Shown one piece after another: positions 35,861 through 48,601 of a stretch of DNA of 64,000 nucleotides. Origin of the DNA: Nemertoderma westbladi. Its lineage: Eukaryota > Animalia > Xenacoelomorpha. The stretch is taken from contig JAUCBJ010003862.1 of the NCBI GenBank assembly GCA_032718475.1, forward strand, positions 1 through 64,000, in the 5' to 3' direction. Both the position numbers and the translations under genes were made by a program. The notes beneath the pieces were generated by a model, which did no database searches, was not told where the DNA came from, and was given only the letters and a program-made list of their open reading frames with translations. Numbering within the stretch: position 1 is the first letter of the stretch; every line of letters begins with the position of its first letter.

Positions 35861-36230
35861 ACTGGGGTTACCAATTTAATTTCAATGACTAATTTATGTT
35901 CAAAATTGTTATCTAAAATTTCAATTAATTAATGTTGACTAATAATTATAATTATTGTTACATTATTTGCGTCGACGCTCAAAAAATTGTTTGTGTCGAC
36001 ATACTAAAGAGATGAAAATTCTATATCTAAAAAAATAAAAATATATTATTTTCGCTTACCAACCCTATCACAACAATAATACATGTGTTATTGATCTTGT
36101 ATAAATTGTAAATATTGTAATATATGTATGTAAATTGTTTTCGTTATATTTAATTAATGTTCATTTATTTAAGGTACATTGTTTATTTAAGGTGCATTAG
36201 CTTTAATATTATATTTCGTGATTAAATCAT

Positions 36231-37441
36231 TGTTCACGCTTTTAGACCTTTAACAGTTTAACCTGCAAATTTTTTTGCTTATTAATACCTGACAGCCCAA
36301 TACAAATGAACACAGCTGAAGCTAATCTAGCACGGCGTATGACCCACCGGAGGTGGGAGAGTGGATTCAATAGCAGAGAGAGCCATTGGACACCTTGTAT
36401 CATTCGATTGATCTTTCCTATATAATCTCAACTGTTCCTTTTAGGTGCTGCGCTCCAAATACTACGCAGAGATATGACTTATACTAATTACAACGGGTGG
36501 GCATGAGATAACGCAAATGTTTACATCCTTTAGGGATGTATTTATTGAACGTTCACACATAAGCACGAATGGACAATAGTGCTGAAACACGCTAATTTGC
36601 CAACAGTCACCAATTTTACTTGCATATAGGGAGAACTTAACTCACGTACGTTGGGGACTATGAAACAGCATATACTCATACAAACCACTGTTATTTGAAC
36701 TATGCAATTGTGAATAGTAAACCCCTCCGCTTACCTCAATAAATCATAAAATCCAAGAGATCTACAGGTTATTCGTAAGTATTCTCCAACTATTAACATT
36801 AATCCATATGTTACAAATTACAGCAGATTATAACAGCATAAATCAGTATAAAATTGCGGTGTTGCGGCAATATCAGACAGTCAGTATGTGTCGCAGTGCA
36901 AGTATGCAAAATCTGAGATATTAACGTGATGCAAACGTATAGATGTGTCAATATTGTGTCAATGTGTAATAGATTTGCGTTCTGTAGCTCTCTAGCCACT
37001 GGTGTTTCTGGGTGCAAAGTCAGGATGTGTATAAACACTCACACTGAGGGGCTGCAAGAATATTCTTGCCTAAGTAGTCCACAAAGCATGAATCACATCG
37101 AACGCTGTAGAATGCATGGAATCTGCAAGAACTTCCAATCAGGGACCAGTAACCATGCCATCAACCCGTAACTAATGGATCTGGTATTTCAGGCTATGGA
37201 GTGACGTAGGGGGGAAAGTATACTGATTGGATGGTGAACAACACAGAAGGATGTAAACAAAGAGAATAGTATCCAATGGCTGGTGATTTCGTAATCGGAG
37301 CATCTGGGTTTCCATAGGATTACACGGGAAAGTGCTATACTTAGAATAAATGCTTAAGAGTTCTTAAGAGTTTTTCAAGGGTTCAGAGTAACCAGTGCAT
37401 TGTGTAAAAATGGGGAGATTTTGGCCACAAAGGCTTTAACA
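36231..37441 (-). repeat. 3' LTR of family X copy 2
   Basis: Homologous to 44135-45027, which lacks an internal block of roughly 350 bp. Confidence 0.92.
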
Positions 37442-37525
37442 CCGCTCCCAGAAAATGGGACTTAAGTCTATAAAATATACAATCATAGAGTCACAATTTC
37501 TTAATATAATAACTACTCTAAACAA

Positions 37526-39452
37526 TCAATCTTTATTTCTAGAATGACATTTACGGAGTTTCTTGAACCTTTGGGCAGTGGTTGTCTTCTTCCCGACGCT
37601 ACGAGCCACTTTACTCGGAGGACTATAACTCCTCGGGGAGGGGTACAATATAATTGCATCAGAAGTGTTAGGGTTGCTGTCAGTGTATCCGCAGGTCGAG
37701 GTACCTGGTTGGTCGATATCCACTTCTCTCCTGGGAAGGTGTTTCAGTATCGACACATCTACCAGAGGTTCGAAGGGGTTGAGGTCGCATGATCTTTAAT
37801 GCTCATCTCAGGATAGCAGCTTGGACTGGTCCCACTTTGGTCGTCTGCACGACTGCCATTGGTAGGCCGTGGGTCGTGAGGAATTTACGGGGTTTTACAG
37901 TTCTTACTAGCCCCCGTTCCCTCGCCTTATACTCATAGGGGCGTCGGTGGACCTCTTGTAACTCGGGATGTGCATTGATAAATGTCTCACCGTATTCCAG
38001 GTCTCAGCCAATACAACCAAGTAGATTATATGAGTCCAGGTTGTTTGGGTTGATATTTTTCAAATATTTGGTGGAAATGGACTCACCTACACATTTGAGT
38101 AGTTCATAACTGGGAATACGAGTTTTCTGTTCGATTTGGGGAAATAGATAAGGGTGAAATGCGTACACTCCCTCATATGCGCATACGGGATATTAATGGT
38201 GGCGCGAATCGCAGTGGAGGTCTGCACTAGCTTCCCAAGATTGTATGTATCGCAATACAATGAACTCGTCACGCTCTCCATGTCGGGGCTAAAAGGGAAA
38301 TCCCAACAAGCGTGTCCCTTTAACTGACAGTAATGGCATTGTGTCATGAACTGTGGGCAAACTGCGAAGATATGCTTATCATTGACTTGACAATAAGCAC
38401 AATATCTCCATTGGTAGTTGATCTTTGAAGTAGGAACAGAGTTCATCGGAGGTCAACAGAGTAGCATGATCACGAGAGGCATATAAACGCCAAAGGTTCC
38501 TAAACACGTCGCTGGCGTGTCGGTAATCATAGGCAGTGAGATGTTGTGGGCCTTGATACCACTCCAGTGTGTGATCATCATCACTACTACGAGGGACTCT
38601 TGGTTGGATTTCATCCGCCTCCATGCAGGTGGGTTCCTCGTCAGTCGGCAGAAGTTCTACGGGTATAGTCATTCTTTGCTTGGGTTCTGCAGATTGTATT
38701 TCCCTAACCGAATATCCCGAAAGGATTTTAGGTCTCTGCAGAACATTAGAATGCATATTCTGTATGCATACATCTTTGAATATAGCGAATCCGGCACTAG
38801 CTAATTTCTCAGCAGCGGAATCTCACAGGCTGAGTTTGGTCAGAATGCAGTCTTTAAACTGACTATCAACATTCCGAAATGGAGTCAGAAAGCGCCTGAA
38901 ACATTCAAATCGGATGAATTTGTTATGTTCATCTAATTTCGCGAGTTTGGTTCCCAGGATTAAGGGGTGGGAGCATATGGTTCTACTGCACACATCGACT
39001 AACCATCCGGAAAGTGCTATATTTTCGAATATGGTATAAATGGCTGAGGAAGGATGAAGGGGCACACTCATAAAACTATAAACCGCTCCAGGTGCCTTCA
39101 ATGGTCCATCTAAATATAAATAGGAATAATGGTCACCATAAACTTGCTGGTAGTTGAGCTGATTCCCAACCTTAAAGTTCCATCCATACTCTTGATATGC
39201 TAAATGTCTGATATAAGTTTGTTGAACTTTGTTGATCCCACTAGGCATAGTGGCATACATGGTTCGGAAAATTCCTCTGCCTTCCGCCCAAGGTGCTATT
39301 AGCTGGGTATCGATGAATGGATATGGAATATTATTCATATTCCTAAAATCATTCTGAAGATCTCCATAGATCGCAGAACCGAATTTAATTTTTCTCTCGT
39401 CGAATAACATATCGAGTACAGGTTGCGGAAGCATGGATCCATCTATTCCCAT
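37526..39452 (-). pseudogene. Extra ORF of family X: WRN/EXD-type 3'-5' exonuclease-like domain, paired Cys/His zinc motifs, basic tail; interrupted
   Basis: LPQPVLDMLFDERKIKFGSAIYGDL...FIDTQ resembles the ExoII region of DEDDy exonucleases; CAYCQVNDKHIFAVC and CHYCQLKGHAC in 38087-38446. Confidence 0.6.
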
Positions 39453-40083
39453 ATCTGGTTTCCGCTTGGTATCCTGGATTAAGGGTTGTGAACAACCAGA
39501 TTTACGACGCGCAATAGTACCAGTTGTTCACAGAAGTTTCTCACTTCCTTTCAGTCCTTGTGTCAATGGTTGTGACTATGAGGAAGTTGGTGGTTTGTTG
39601 ACTATCAAATCAATATGGAGAGGGCGGAGGTGGAGATGGATATGCTAAATGTCTGATATAAGTTTGTTGAACTTTGTTGATCCCACTAGGCATAGTGGCA
39701 TACATGGTTCGGAAAATTCCTCTGCCTTCCGCCCAAGGTGCTATTAGCTGGGTATCGATGAATGGATATGGAATATTATTCATATTCCTAAAATCATTCT
39801 GAAGATCTCCATAGATCGCAGAACCGAATTTAATTTTTCTCTCGTCGAATAACATATCGAGTACAGGTTGCGGAAGCATGGATCCATCTATTCCCATATC
39901 TGGTTTCCGCTTGGTATCCTGGATTAAGGGTTGTGAACAACCAGATTTACGACGCGCAATAGTACCAGTTGTTCACAGAAGTTTCTCCCTTCCTTTCAGT
40001 CCTTGTGTCAATGGTTGTGACTATGAGGAAGTTGGTGGTTTGTTGACTATCAAATCAATATGGAGAGGGCGGAGGTGGAGATG
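39194..40083. repeat. 445-bp tandem duplication
   Basis: 39194-39638 and 39639-40083 are near-identical (one mismatch noticed, TCACT/TCCCT). Confidence 0.95.
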
Positions 40084-40299
40084 GTTGATACTTTAAAATA
40101 TCAATACAGTGATACATGGGCAGGATATATGGACTGGACAGGACACCAATATAAGCATCCAGTTAAACAGTAAGGGGGTGGAGAGGTTTTATGGAAGAGG
40201 GTATGTTAGCACCACGATAGAGCTATGACTGGTCAATATTTCTCAACCTGTTCCCTTGTTCCATCTGTGATGTCTACCGGGTCACTCAGGTCGGACCAT

Positions 40300-41255
40300 T
40301 CCCAGACGTCAAGAATTTCATCAAGATCTAGAATATTGGTCTGCATATTGAATACTGATCGCATTCTGAGCGATAAGATGAAAATCCTACAATGCACTCA
40401 AGAACAAGAACAAACTAGAAAACTCAAAGAATATGAGGCCTGAAGGTACGCTGAAATGTTGGAAAGCCAAAATTAAAAATTAAAACTTCAAGCGGAACAA
40501 CAAAAGTCCGAAACAAGACGTAAAACAAAAGAATCAAAGGTTAGAAATAAATAAACAAAAACTAGAGATGGAACATCAAACGGAACAAAAATATTGAAAG
40601 TGGAACTCCAAGCGGAACGAAAAAGGCGATTTCCAACAGGTGGAACAACTAAGAATGGTGGAACAACAAAGAATAGATTGGGCGCTCCAATTACATCATA
40701 AAGAAAGGGAACTTGACTGTAGCGCTCAACTCTTATGTGAAACACAAGTCGCTACAGAGTAAAGAATTAGTATGGAGGAAGTTGAAGTTAAAAGGAGTGA
40801 AGGAGAAGATGTTCCAGAACCCACTATACCGAACATCACCCTAATAGACACTAGAAGCTTCCTAGACCATCCTCAATACGAACCTATACTACTCTTATAG
40901 ATGAATCGACGAGTAATGATAACCTTAATGGCAATGTTATAATAATGTTAATGACAATGTTAATGAGAATGTTAATGACAATGTTAATGATAATGACCTG
41001 GGGAGGGGGGGGGGGGTATTGCCGATAGGTGCATGGGCCCCAACATGATAACATCAAACCCAGTACCAAACATAACACCGGGGGGGGGGGGGGGGGCAGG
41101 GTGACATTCCCCTATTGCAGTATCAGCAATACACGCAGGCAAGAACAGAAACCCCAAACCCCTCAGACCCAAATAAGTCGTGCAACACGAAAATATGGAG
41201 GGGACTGTTACCCCTGATGATATATCCAACGCAAGGAAAGTCGACGGGCCCGAAG
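40300..41255 (+). pseudogene. Decayed gag N-terminal fragment related to element 2, inverted relative to the surrounding LTR element
   Basis: 41029-41217 GGGGGRVTFPYCSISN..QEQKPQTPQT...YGGDCYP matches the end of ORF 32644-33465(-). Confidence 0.7.
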
Positions 41256-41399
41256 GAATAAACTTAGGGACATGAAGGTTGCAAATTACTTGCATAAACT
41301 CTGAATAATAAGTATTATGCTACCTTTACAGATTATCAAAACAAAACACAAACTGAAATGCTGACAGACCACCATCAAATCTAAAATATTTCAATAAAA

Positions 41400-43665
41400 T
41401 ATAAAATAAAATATTTCAATCACCAAAACCTCGGAAATGGCTGAAGTATTTAACATTTTCTTCACTACTGTAGGTCCAAAATTAGCTGCTATTATTGCCC
41501 ACTCACCACGCTCACCCACAAGATATATTAGTCATAAAAAATACAATTCCTTTAGTCTCATAGAAACGTCTGCTGTTGAAGTTCACTATCACTTGTTAAA
41601 TTTAAATGAAAATTCATCCACTAATGATGCATTTCCGGTGAAACTGGTAAAATTGGCCGCCAGTATAATAAGCATACATCTAGCTAATTTAATTAATTCT
41701 AGTATTAAATCAGGTTTATTTCCAGACAGTTTAAAGAAAGCTAAGGTAATTCCAGCTTATAAAGGTGATGATCCTTGTGACACTTCTAATTATCGTCCAA
41801 TTTCACTGCTTCCGGTATTTAGTAAAATATTTGAGACTATTATTTATTCTCAGTTAATTTTATATCTGGACAAAAACTTAATTTTAACACGCAACCAACA
41901 CGGTTTTAGGAAAAAACATACAACATCGGAGGCAATTTTACAAATTGTTGAAAAATTGAGGTCTATCTTGGATGACAGGGATTCTGCTTGTGTCGTATAT
42001 ATCGACCTTAAAAAGGCGTTTGATACGCTAGATCACTCAATTTTATTAAAAAAATTAGATTCATACGGCATAAGGGGTATCCCTCATTCACTCTTTTCTA
42101 GTTACCTTTCCAATCGTTTGCAGCGTGTTTCATTAGGCGGCTCTTATTCAACTTATAAATCTATTTTATGTGGTATTCCTCAAGGCTCGATTCTGGGCCC
42201 CATACTTTTTTTGTTATATATCAATGATTTACCAAATTGTAGTGATTTCGTTACCACTTTATTTGCAGATGACACTTCGCTAATGTTACACGATAAGGAT
42301 TTATTACAGCTTTCTAATAGAACCAATTCAAATCTTGTTCACATTTCAAATTGGCTGATTGACAATAAATTGTCTCTCAATATAAAAAAGACCGAATACA
42401 CACTTTACACTAACAAACAAAATGCCCCGTCGTTCCCTAGTATTATAATTAATGATCAAGTAATTAATAGAGTAGACAGGACAAAATATCTAGGTATACT
42501 TATTGATAGGCAGTTAAACTTTCGATCCCATGTACAATATATATATAATAAAATATCTAAGTCTGGAGGAATTTTTTATAGACTCAGACATGTATTTCCA
42601 TTGCACATTTTACGTACTTTATTCTTTGCTCTAATATATCCCTATATACAGTTTGGACTAATTGTTTGGGGAAGTACATATACATCTATTACTAGTCCAA
42701 TTAGGATAAAAATAAATAAAATTATACGAGTTATGACATTCAGACATTATCAAGCCTCGTCATTACCCATATATCAACGCCTAAGTATACTTCCATTAGA
42801 ACAATTATATAAATACCAAGTTTGTAAATTGATGTTTGATATTCATAATAATGCCAAATCTTCATTAACCCATCTTTTTAGGAAATTTTCATCAACCCAT
42901 TCGTACAATACACGTTCATCAGCATCAGGATCATTTATACTTCCCCTTGTGCGTCTTAATGTAGCCCATCAGTCTCTTGCATTGCAAGGTCCACTGATTT
43001 GGAATAACATAAACCCCTCTATTAGAAAAATTACAAGTAAACCGATCTTTTTGAAAAAAATAAAAGATTTGTTACTCAACCTTCACTCAGAGCTTTAGAA
43101 TTTTTTATACAACCTGGAAAATAGGTAGTAATAATAAGGAAATAAGTATTATATTTTTATCTTAATCTATATAACATTTGTTCGTAGCAATACAAATTCA
43201 GCTTCCGTAAAAATAATACATTGTTGATGACACCGACAGCTAAATGATATTAATATTATTTATTAACGTTTTATACTTTCAATTAAATATTTTAACATTA
43301 ATCGTAGCAGCAACCCACCCCCCCCCCCCCCCCACAGGGGGACAGTAAACCACTAGCTAAGCTATTATACTGTCCTCCTGCCATAAACTACTTTATGCTA
43401 AACAAAGATAATAAATAATCTTTATCTGCCAAGATATTTCCGTCATTACCATAAGTTATTTTAATATTTTTTTTCGAAGTTGCTTATGAGTTACTTACTT
43501 ACTGGTTCTAATATTACTTGGTGTGTTCATTTTATGGCAGCGGTTATGGTCCCCAGACATATTTTTGGTTTAGCAACAGGACGACATTTCGTCTTTTTTG
43601 TCTGTGCAATTTGTTTTTTGTTTTGTTTATGGAAAAATAAATTTCTTATCTTTCTTATCTTATCT
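41400..43665 (+). mobile_element. 5'-truncated LINE including its 3' UTR
   Basis: RT ORF plus UTR ending AATAAA-TTTCTTATCTTTCTTATCTTATCT (short tandem tail); 5' boundary approximate. Confidence 0.8.
41437..43098 (+). CDS. L2/CR1-group (Crack/Daphne-like) LINE reverse transcriptase, 5'-truncated
   Basis: NYRPISLL, QHGFR, IDLKKAFD, GIPQGSILGP, LFADDT, KYLGI, HSYNTR; no endonuclease domain present. Confidence 0.93.
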   Translation: MAEVFNIFFTTVGPKLAAIIAHSPRSPTRYISHKKYNSFSLIETSAVEVHYHLLNLNENSSTNDAFPVKLVKLAASIISIHLANLINSSIKSGLFPDSLKKAKVIPAYKGDDPCDTSNYRPISLLPVFSKIFETIIYSQLILYLDKNLILTRNQHGFRKKHTTSEAILQIVEKLRSILDDRDSACVVYIDLKKAFDTLDHSILLKKLDSYGIRGIPHSLFSSYLSNRLQRVSLGGSYSTYKSILCGIPQGSILGPILFLLYINDLPNCSDFVTTLFADDTSLMLHDKDLLQLSNRTNSNLVHISNWLIDNKLSLNIKKTEYTLYTNKQNAPSFPSIIINDQVINRVDRTKYLGILIDRQLNFRSHVQYIYNKISKSGGIFYRLRHVFPLHILRTLFFALIYPYIQFGLIVWGSTYTSITSPIRIKINKIIRVMTFRHYQASSLPIYQRLSILPLEQLYKYQVCKLMFDIHNNAKSSLTHLFRKFSSTHSYNTRSSASGSFILPLVRLNVAHQSLALQGPLIWNNINPSIRKITSKPIFLKKIKDLLLNLHSEL

Positions 43666-44134
43666 AATAAACTACAGTAGATGAAGTTTCTGAAATTATT
43701 AGTTAGTACACGTTCCAAACTACGTGGTACGACTTATTCTTTAATGGGGGGTTTACCTTACAGCAATGGATGCCCCAACTACCTAACTAGCACTTTATCG
43801 TACCAATAACCTACAATACCGTAATCTACTTCAAATCCAACAATAATCGGGCCTATGGAATACTTCTACAATCTGAGCAGGATTACACACCTTCTGCTCA
43901 ATATTACACTTACAGATAAATAAACAAAGTTGACAGAAATACGTAAAATCTCAATAAAAAACCAGGGCTGCAGTCCCTGATTAACTACTAAGACCTACTG
44001 ATATATAATTATCACAATAGAATTAATACTGCTATACGGCACTGGACCAGCACTGCTAGGCCTACAGGTTACCGTTTGACCGGTAAGTACAGGTTTATTG
44101 TCCTACGGAACAATAAAAAGAATAAATCTATTAC

Positions 44135-45027
44135 TGTTCGCGCTTTTAGACCTTTAACAGTTTAACCTGCTAATTTATATGTTTATTAATACCTGACAGC
44201 CCAATACAAATGAGCACAGCCGAAGCCAGTCTAGCACGGCGTATGACCCGCCGGAGGTGGGAGACTGGATTCGATAGCAGAGAGAGCCATAGGACACCTT
44301 GTATCATTCAATTGATCTTTACAATATAATCTCCAAAACTCCCAACTATTTACATTAATCCATGTTATAAATTACAACAGATTATAACAGCGTAAATCAG
44401 TATAAAATTGCGGTGTTGCGGCAATATCAGACAGTCAGTATGTGTCGCAGTGTAAGTATGCAAAGTCTGAGAAATTAACGTGATGCAAACGTATAGACGT
44501 GTCAATGTTGTGTCAACGTGTAATAGATTTGCGTTCTGTATCTCTCTAGCCACTGGTGTTTCTGGGCGCAAAGTCAGGAAGTGTATAAACACTCACACTG
44601 AGGGGCTGCAAGAATATTATTGCCTAAGTAGTCCAAAAAGCATGAATCACATTGAACGCTGTAGAACATATGGAAACTGCAAGAACTTCTAATCAGGGAC
44701 CAGTAACCATGCCATCAACCCATAACCAATCGATCCGGTAATTCAGGCTATGGAGTGACGTAGGGGGAAAAGTATACTGATTGGACAGTGAACAACACAG
44801 AAGGATGCAAACAAAGAGAATAGTATCCAATGGCTGGTGATTTCGTAATCTGAGCATCTGGGTTTCTGTAGGAGTACACAGGAAAGTGCTATACTTAGAA
44901 TAAACGCTGGAGGGAGTAAGTTCACATTAGTTCATAAAATACAAAGTTCTTAAGAGTTTTTCAAGGGTTTAGAGTAACCAGCGCATTGTGTAAAAATGGG
45001 GTCATTTTGGCCGCAAAAGTTTTAACA
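44135..45027 (-). repeat. 5' LTR of family X copy 2
   Basis: Homologous to 36231-37441; followed directly by the TSD ATCAT. Confidence 0.92.
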
Positions 45028-45704
45028 ATCATTTACATTTATATGTAAAATTTATATATATTTATTATTACTATAATGTTATATTGGTTATTAAATTCTG
45101 TATTATGTTGTCTTTAGTTTATCATATTTTCATTTGATCAAATTATGAAGTGGACAACACGTCATATGCTGAATGGCATCTAATCTAATATACTTAGTTA
45201 GTAACAAAGCCTTTTATACTTGGGTTGATTGGTGTGGCCAGGGTCTGGTGTGGGTTGGTTGATTAGTTGCCAGGGTAATATGTTCTAGAATAACGACATA
45301 GGAAGTATAGAAACAATTGACATTTTCAAATAAAAAAAATGCAGAGAGCTGCTGAGCTGAAGATTTACGAAGACGGTTGAACCAAGCCCGAATTTCATGT
45401 CAGGCAAACGAGACTTACTGCTGCGCTGGTACTTCTATCACTTTCCGTTCACTAGTACCAAAGGTATTGTCCGTGGTAATTTCCTGCACATTTAAGGCCC
45501 GGGTTCTTACCTTGAATCAATCCTTGTTCCCCGCGCTTTATTATTATTTTTTTTTTTTATTTATTTTTTATTGCTATTTTCACTTAATTAACAGCTATAA
45601 TTTCTTTGCATTGCAGTTATTAATTTTTGCAGATTATAACACGAGAAATGTCTGAAATGCAGGTTAAAGTAACCAATAATAACTAACGCACGTAGGCCAT
45701 TTGA

Positions 45705-46000
45705 TTAAAAAGTACATTGACACCATGATTCAAGTGAAAAATTAGCTTCTATTTAGGTAAAACTAACTAATGTTTGGCTAATAGCCATAAGTGTAGAATC
45801 CTGTACCGAACACAGATTTGGTAGGATATATCGTTGCTTTTATGATATCTCTCTAAACGGGATATAGACTAGGATTACCTCTTTAATTTCAATTACTAAT
45901 GTATCTTCAAAATTGTTATCTAAAATTTCAATTAATTAATGTTGACTAATAATTATAATTATTATTACATTATTAGCGTCAACGCGCAAAAAATTGTTAA
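45705..46000 (+). repeat. Duplicated 3' end (last codons and UTR) of the SLC35G-like gene, lacking the MITE
   Basis: TTAAAAAGTACATTGACACCATGATTCAAG...GCGTCAACGCGCAAAAAATTGTT aligns to 35223-35393 plus 35868-35990. Confidence 0.9.
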
Positions 46001-46149
46001 AAAATTGTAAAAATGTCTAAATGTCGAAAAAAATGTATATGTTATTAGCTAAGGGAGTCATTGTGGTTAACCAGAGAGAAGAATGGCGTCTCCATTATGG
46101 ATCTCATATCAGATGGGACACCTAGAAGTGGTCAAGGAGCTTCTTAAAT

Positions 46150-46330
46150 CCGGTGCCTCTTTGTTTCACTTTGTTCAGTAGAAGTTGTACACCTGCTAGC
46201 GTATTAGAGAGCACGTCAATGTCATCCGCAAAATCTGTACCTGTGACTATATGAGTGAGTTCTTGCATTATGAACCCAAGATTGTCACCAGTTATGGCAG
46301 TGCTCACTGCATAATCCACAATTATGATTA
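46150..46330 (-). pseudogene. RT fragment of an RTE-like LINE
   Basis: IIVDYA...TDFADDIDVLSNTLAGVQLLLNKV. Confidence 0.6.
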
Positions 46331-48442
46331 GTAGTTGTCTCCTTTGTAAAAGTATTTGCGGCAAAAATGTGTCCTTTTGTGCAATACGTGAAATACTCTA
46401 AATCCAGCAATCTCTCAAGAGATTTGAGAACGCATCGACATCACATATGAAACGCCCTGTAGCGTTTATTTTTAGTATAGAGCTCTCATGATGAAATCGC
46501 TAGGCATTGGTCAATATTTTTCTTTGTTCCATAGCTCCTGTGCTATTTGAACAGCCAATCAGCACAATTTTCACTTTACGGATTCCTGAGAGTTTGTTTA
46601 CATATGAATATGCCGCAATACAACAAAATCATTCAATCTGACTTCTTCCCTAGACCAATGAAATGACACAATGACCAATGACACAATGAAATTATGCAAG
46701 TTGATGCAGCACATAGATCCTATCGTGTTTCAATCTGAAACCCAACCTTGGTGCATGACCTACTATAGATACGACCCGCCAAGCTGCTGCAAAGCCCCTA
46801 ACTTTAGTGGGCCAGTTATTTCTCTTAGATGGAACCCCTGAAACAATAGGTCTTTCGACGAAAGTACTTGCCCCTAACGAAAATTATATCCTCTTTCAGA
46901 TGAGATAAATAAAAAGTCAATAGCTCTAGTAGTTTTCGAGATATGAGGAGTTCCTGGCACCCATACCATTTCGGAACCTTTGGAAATTGATAAAATTACA
47001 CAAAATACAATCACCCTTCAGAGACTTGGGTACAACCATGAAACCATACTATGATTTTTTGGTTTGTTGAATTCATTATTAGTAATCGAAAGTAAGATTA
47101 GAAGCAAAATTTTCATTTTTTTATCAATATATACTAAAAGAGCACCAAAAGTGGAAGTAGCACTTTTTTCAAACGTTGTAAATTGGCCATACAGTTTGGC
47201 TACTGAGGTTTTAGAAGGTTTATTCCTCTACCTAAATCAAACATATCGAAGAGTTGTGTAATATAACAACATAGGCATGTTGTTATATTTAGTTATTAGT
47301 CAGTTATTTGTTTCCCTGGAGCACGAAAAAAACAAGTAGTGGAAATATGATAATGAAAAATCACCACGAAAACAAATTGATTTTATGACCATGTGGTTCT
47401 TTTGGGATGCTGATAGTAGTAGGAGAAGAGGTGACCCCAACGAACTCCTCCCTAGCTTGGGCTATGGGCTACATCTCGGAGGACTATTAAAAATGCCAAA
47501 TTCCGATGCTAAATTACGGCGTTTAATTGCCTACATCTGTCACCATCGAGGTAGTTACCATCAACCAATCGTAGCGTATTCACCTACGCGTAGCCTAACC
47601 TCGCGTTGCCCACCTTATTCAACGGCAGCTGTTACCTACCAACCGATAGTATTGATTCGTGTCGTTGCAACAACCATCCATTGCATATTCATCTTCGCGT
47701 AGCCTAACTTCTCGACGCATGGCTAGCCCCCAACCCATCGCTATTCGATCAACCAACCAACAGCGATACACCCTCCGATTATTCCCCTTTTCGCCACGCT
47801 ACCACCTCCACATACTGTATATGGTGACTAAAACGATAACGTGGCCATCTACACGATGCATATACCAAGTCATTATATTACAGTATATTATATCGATTGC
47901 CAACTCAACGATTTACGTCCCTCCGTTGATAGAGCTACTCAACTGCTGTCGCCAAACCAACAAACCAACCACTCAGTATGATACATGTGCATGAAATTCC
48001 GCCACGTTCCAGCTACACGTATACGAACATTTCCAAGTAGTTACTCAAGCTAACCGATCCCACAGCATCTGTGCCATATTGAAAGGCTACTACTACTAAC
48101 ATTATACTGAGCGTTTTTATAATAATTATTGATTATTATTACACACAACCCTATGATTCATATTCTTTCACATATTTCCTATCCACGTAACCAACCAACC
48201 ATTCAACCACGTTGCACCCCATCTCTTTTCTTATTCGTCGATGATTATGACACGTCCCATCTCTCCTTCGTTGACTATGCCACATCACAAATTTATATAT
48301 AACTGAATGTTTTTAATAAAATTCATCACTTGTAATCTTCATGGTAATATATTGATACCATATCTAATTTTTTTTGTTCTCACTCTGACATTGTGTTATT
48401 TCCTTAATAATTTATACATTATCTTACTCGTTGTATATTCGT

Positions 48443-48601
48443 TGGTCGGAAAACGACACCACATAAAATGATACTGATTCCAGCATTGGGTATCGACCTA
48501 AAAACGAAAATCTGAGCTACGTGTCTCACACGATTTTTGTTTTTGAGTCGATACCTAATGTCGAACTCAGTATCATTTTATCAGCTGTCGTTTTCCGACC
48601 A
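48443..48601. repeat. About 159-bp imperfect palindrome
   Basis: TGGTCGGAAAACGACA...ATAAAATGATACTGA...GGTATCGAC / GTCGATACC...TCAGTATCATTTTAT...TGTCGTTTTCCGACCA. Confidence 0.9.

Larger units (their letters stand above)
36231..45027 (-). mobile_element. Long-LTR retroelement family X, copy 2; TSD ATCAT; no own gag-pol recognised
   Basis: LTRs 36231-37441 and 44135-45027 (TGTT...AACA); ATCAT at 36226-36230 and 45028-45032; PPT CTGGGAGCGG(-) at 37442-37451. Confidence 0.9.

Noticed and set aside
39194-43098. Repeat pair plus RT as a diversity-generating retroelement
   Set aside because: The repeats are tandem and nearly identical without adenine-specific variation, and the RT is a LINE RT.
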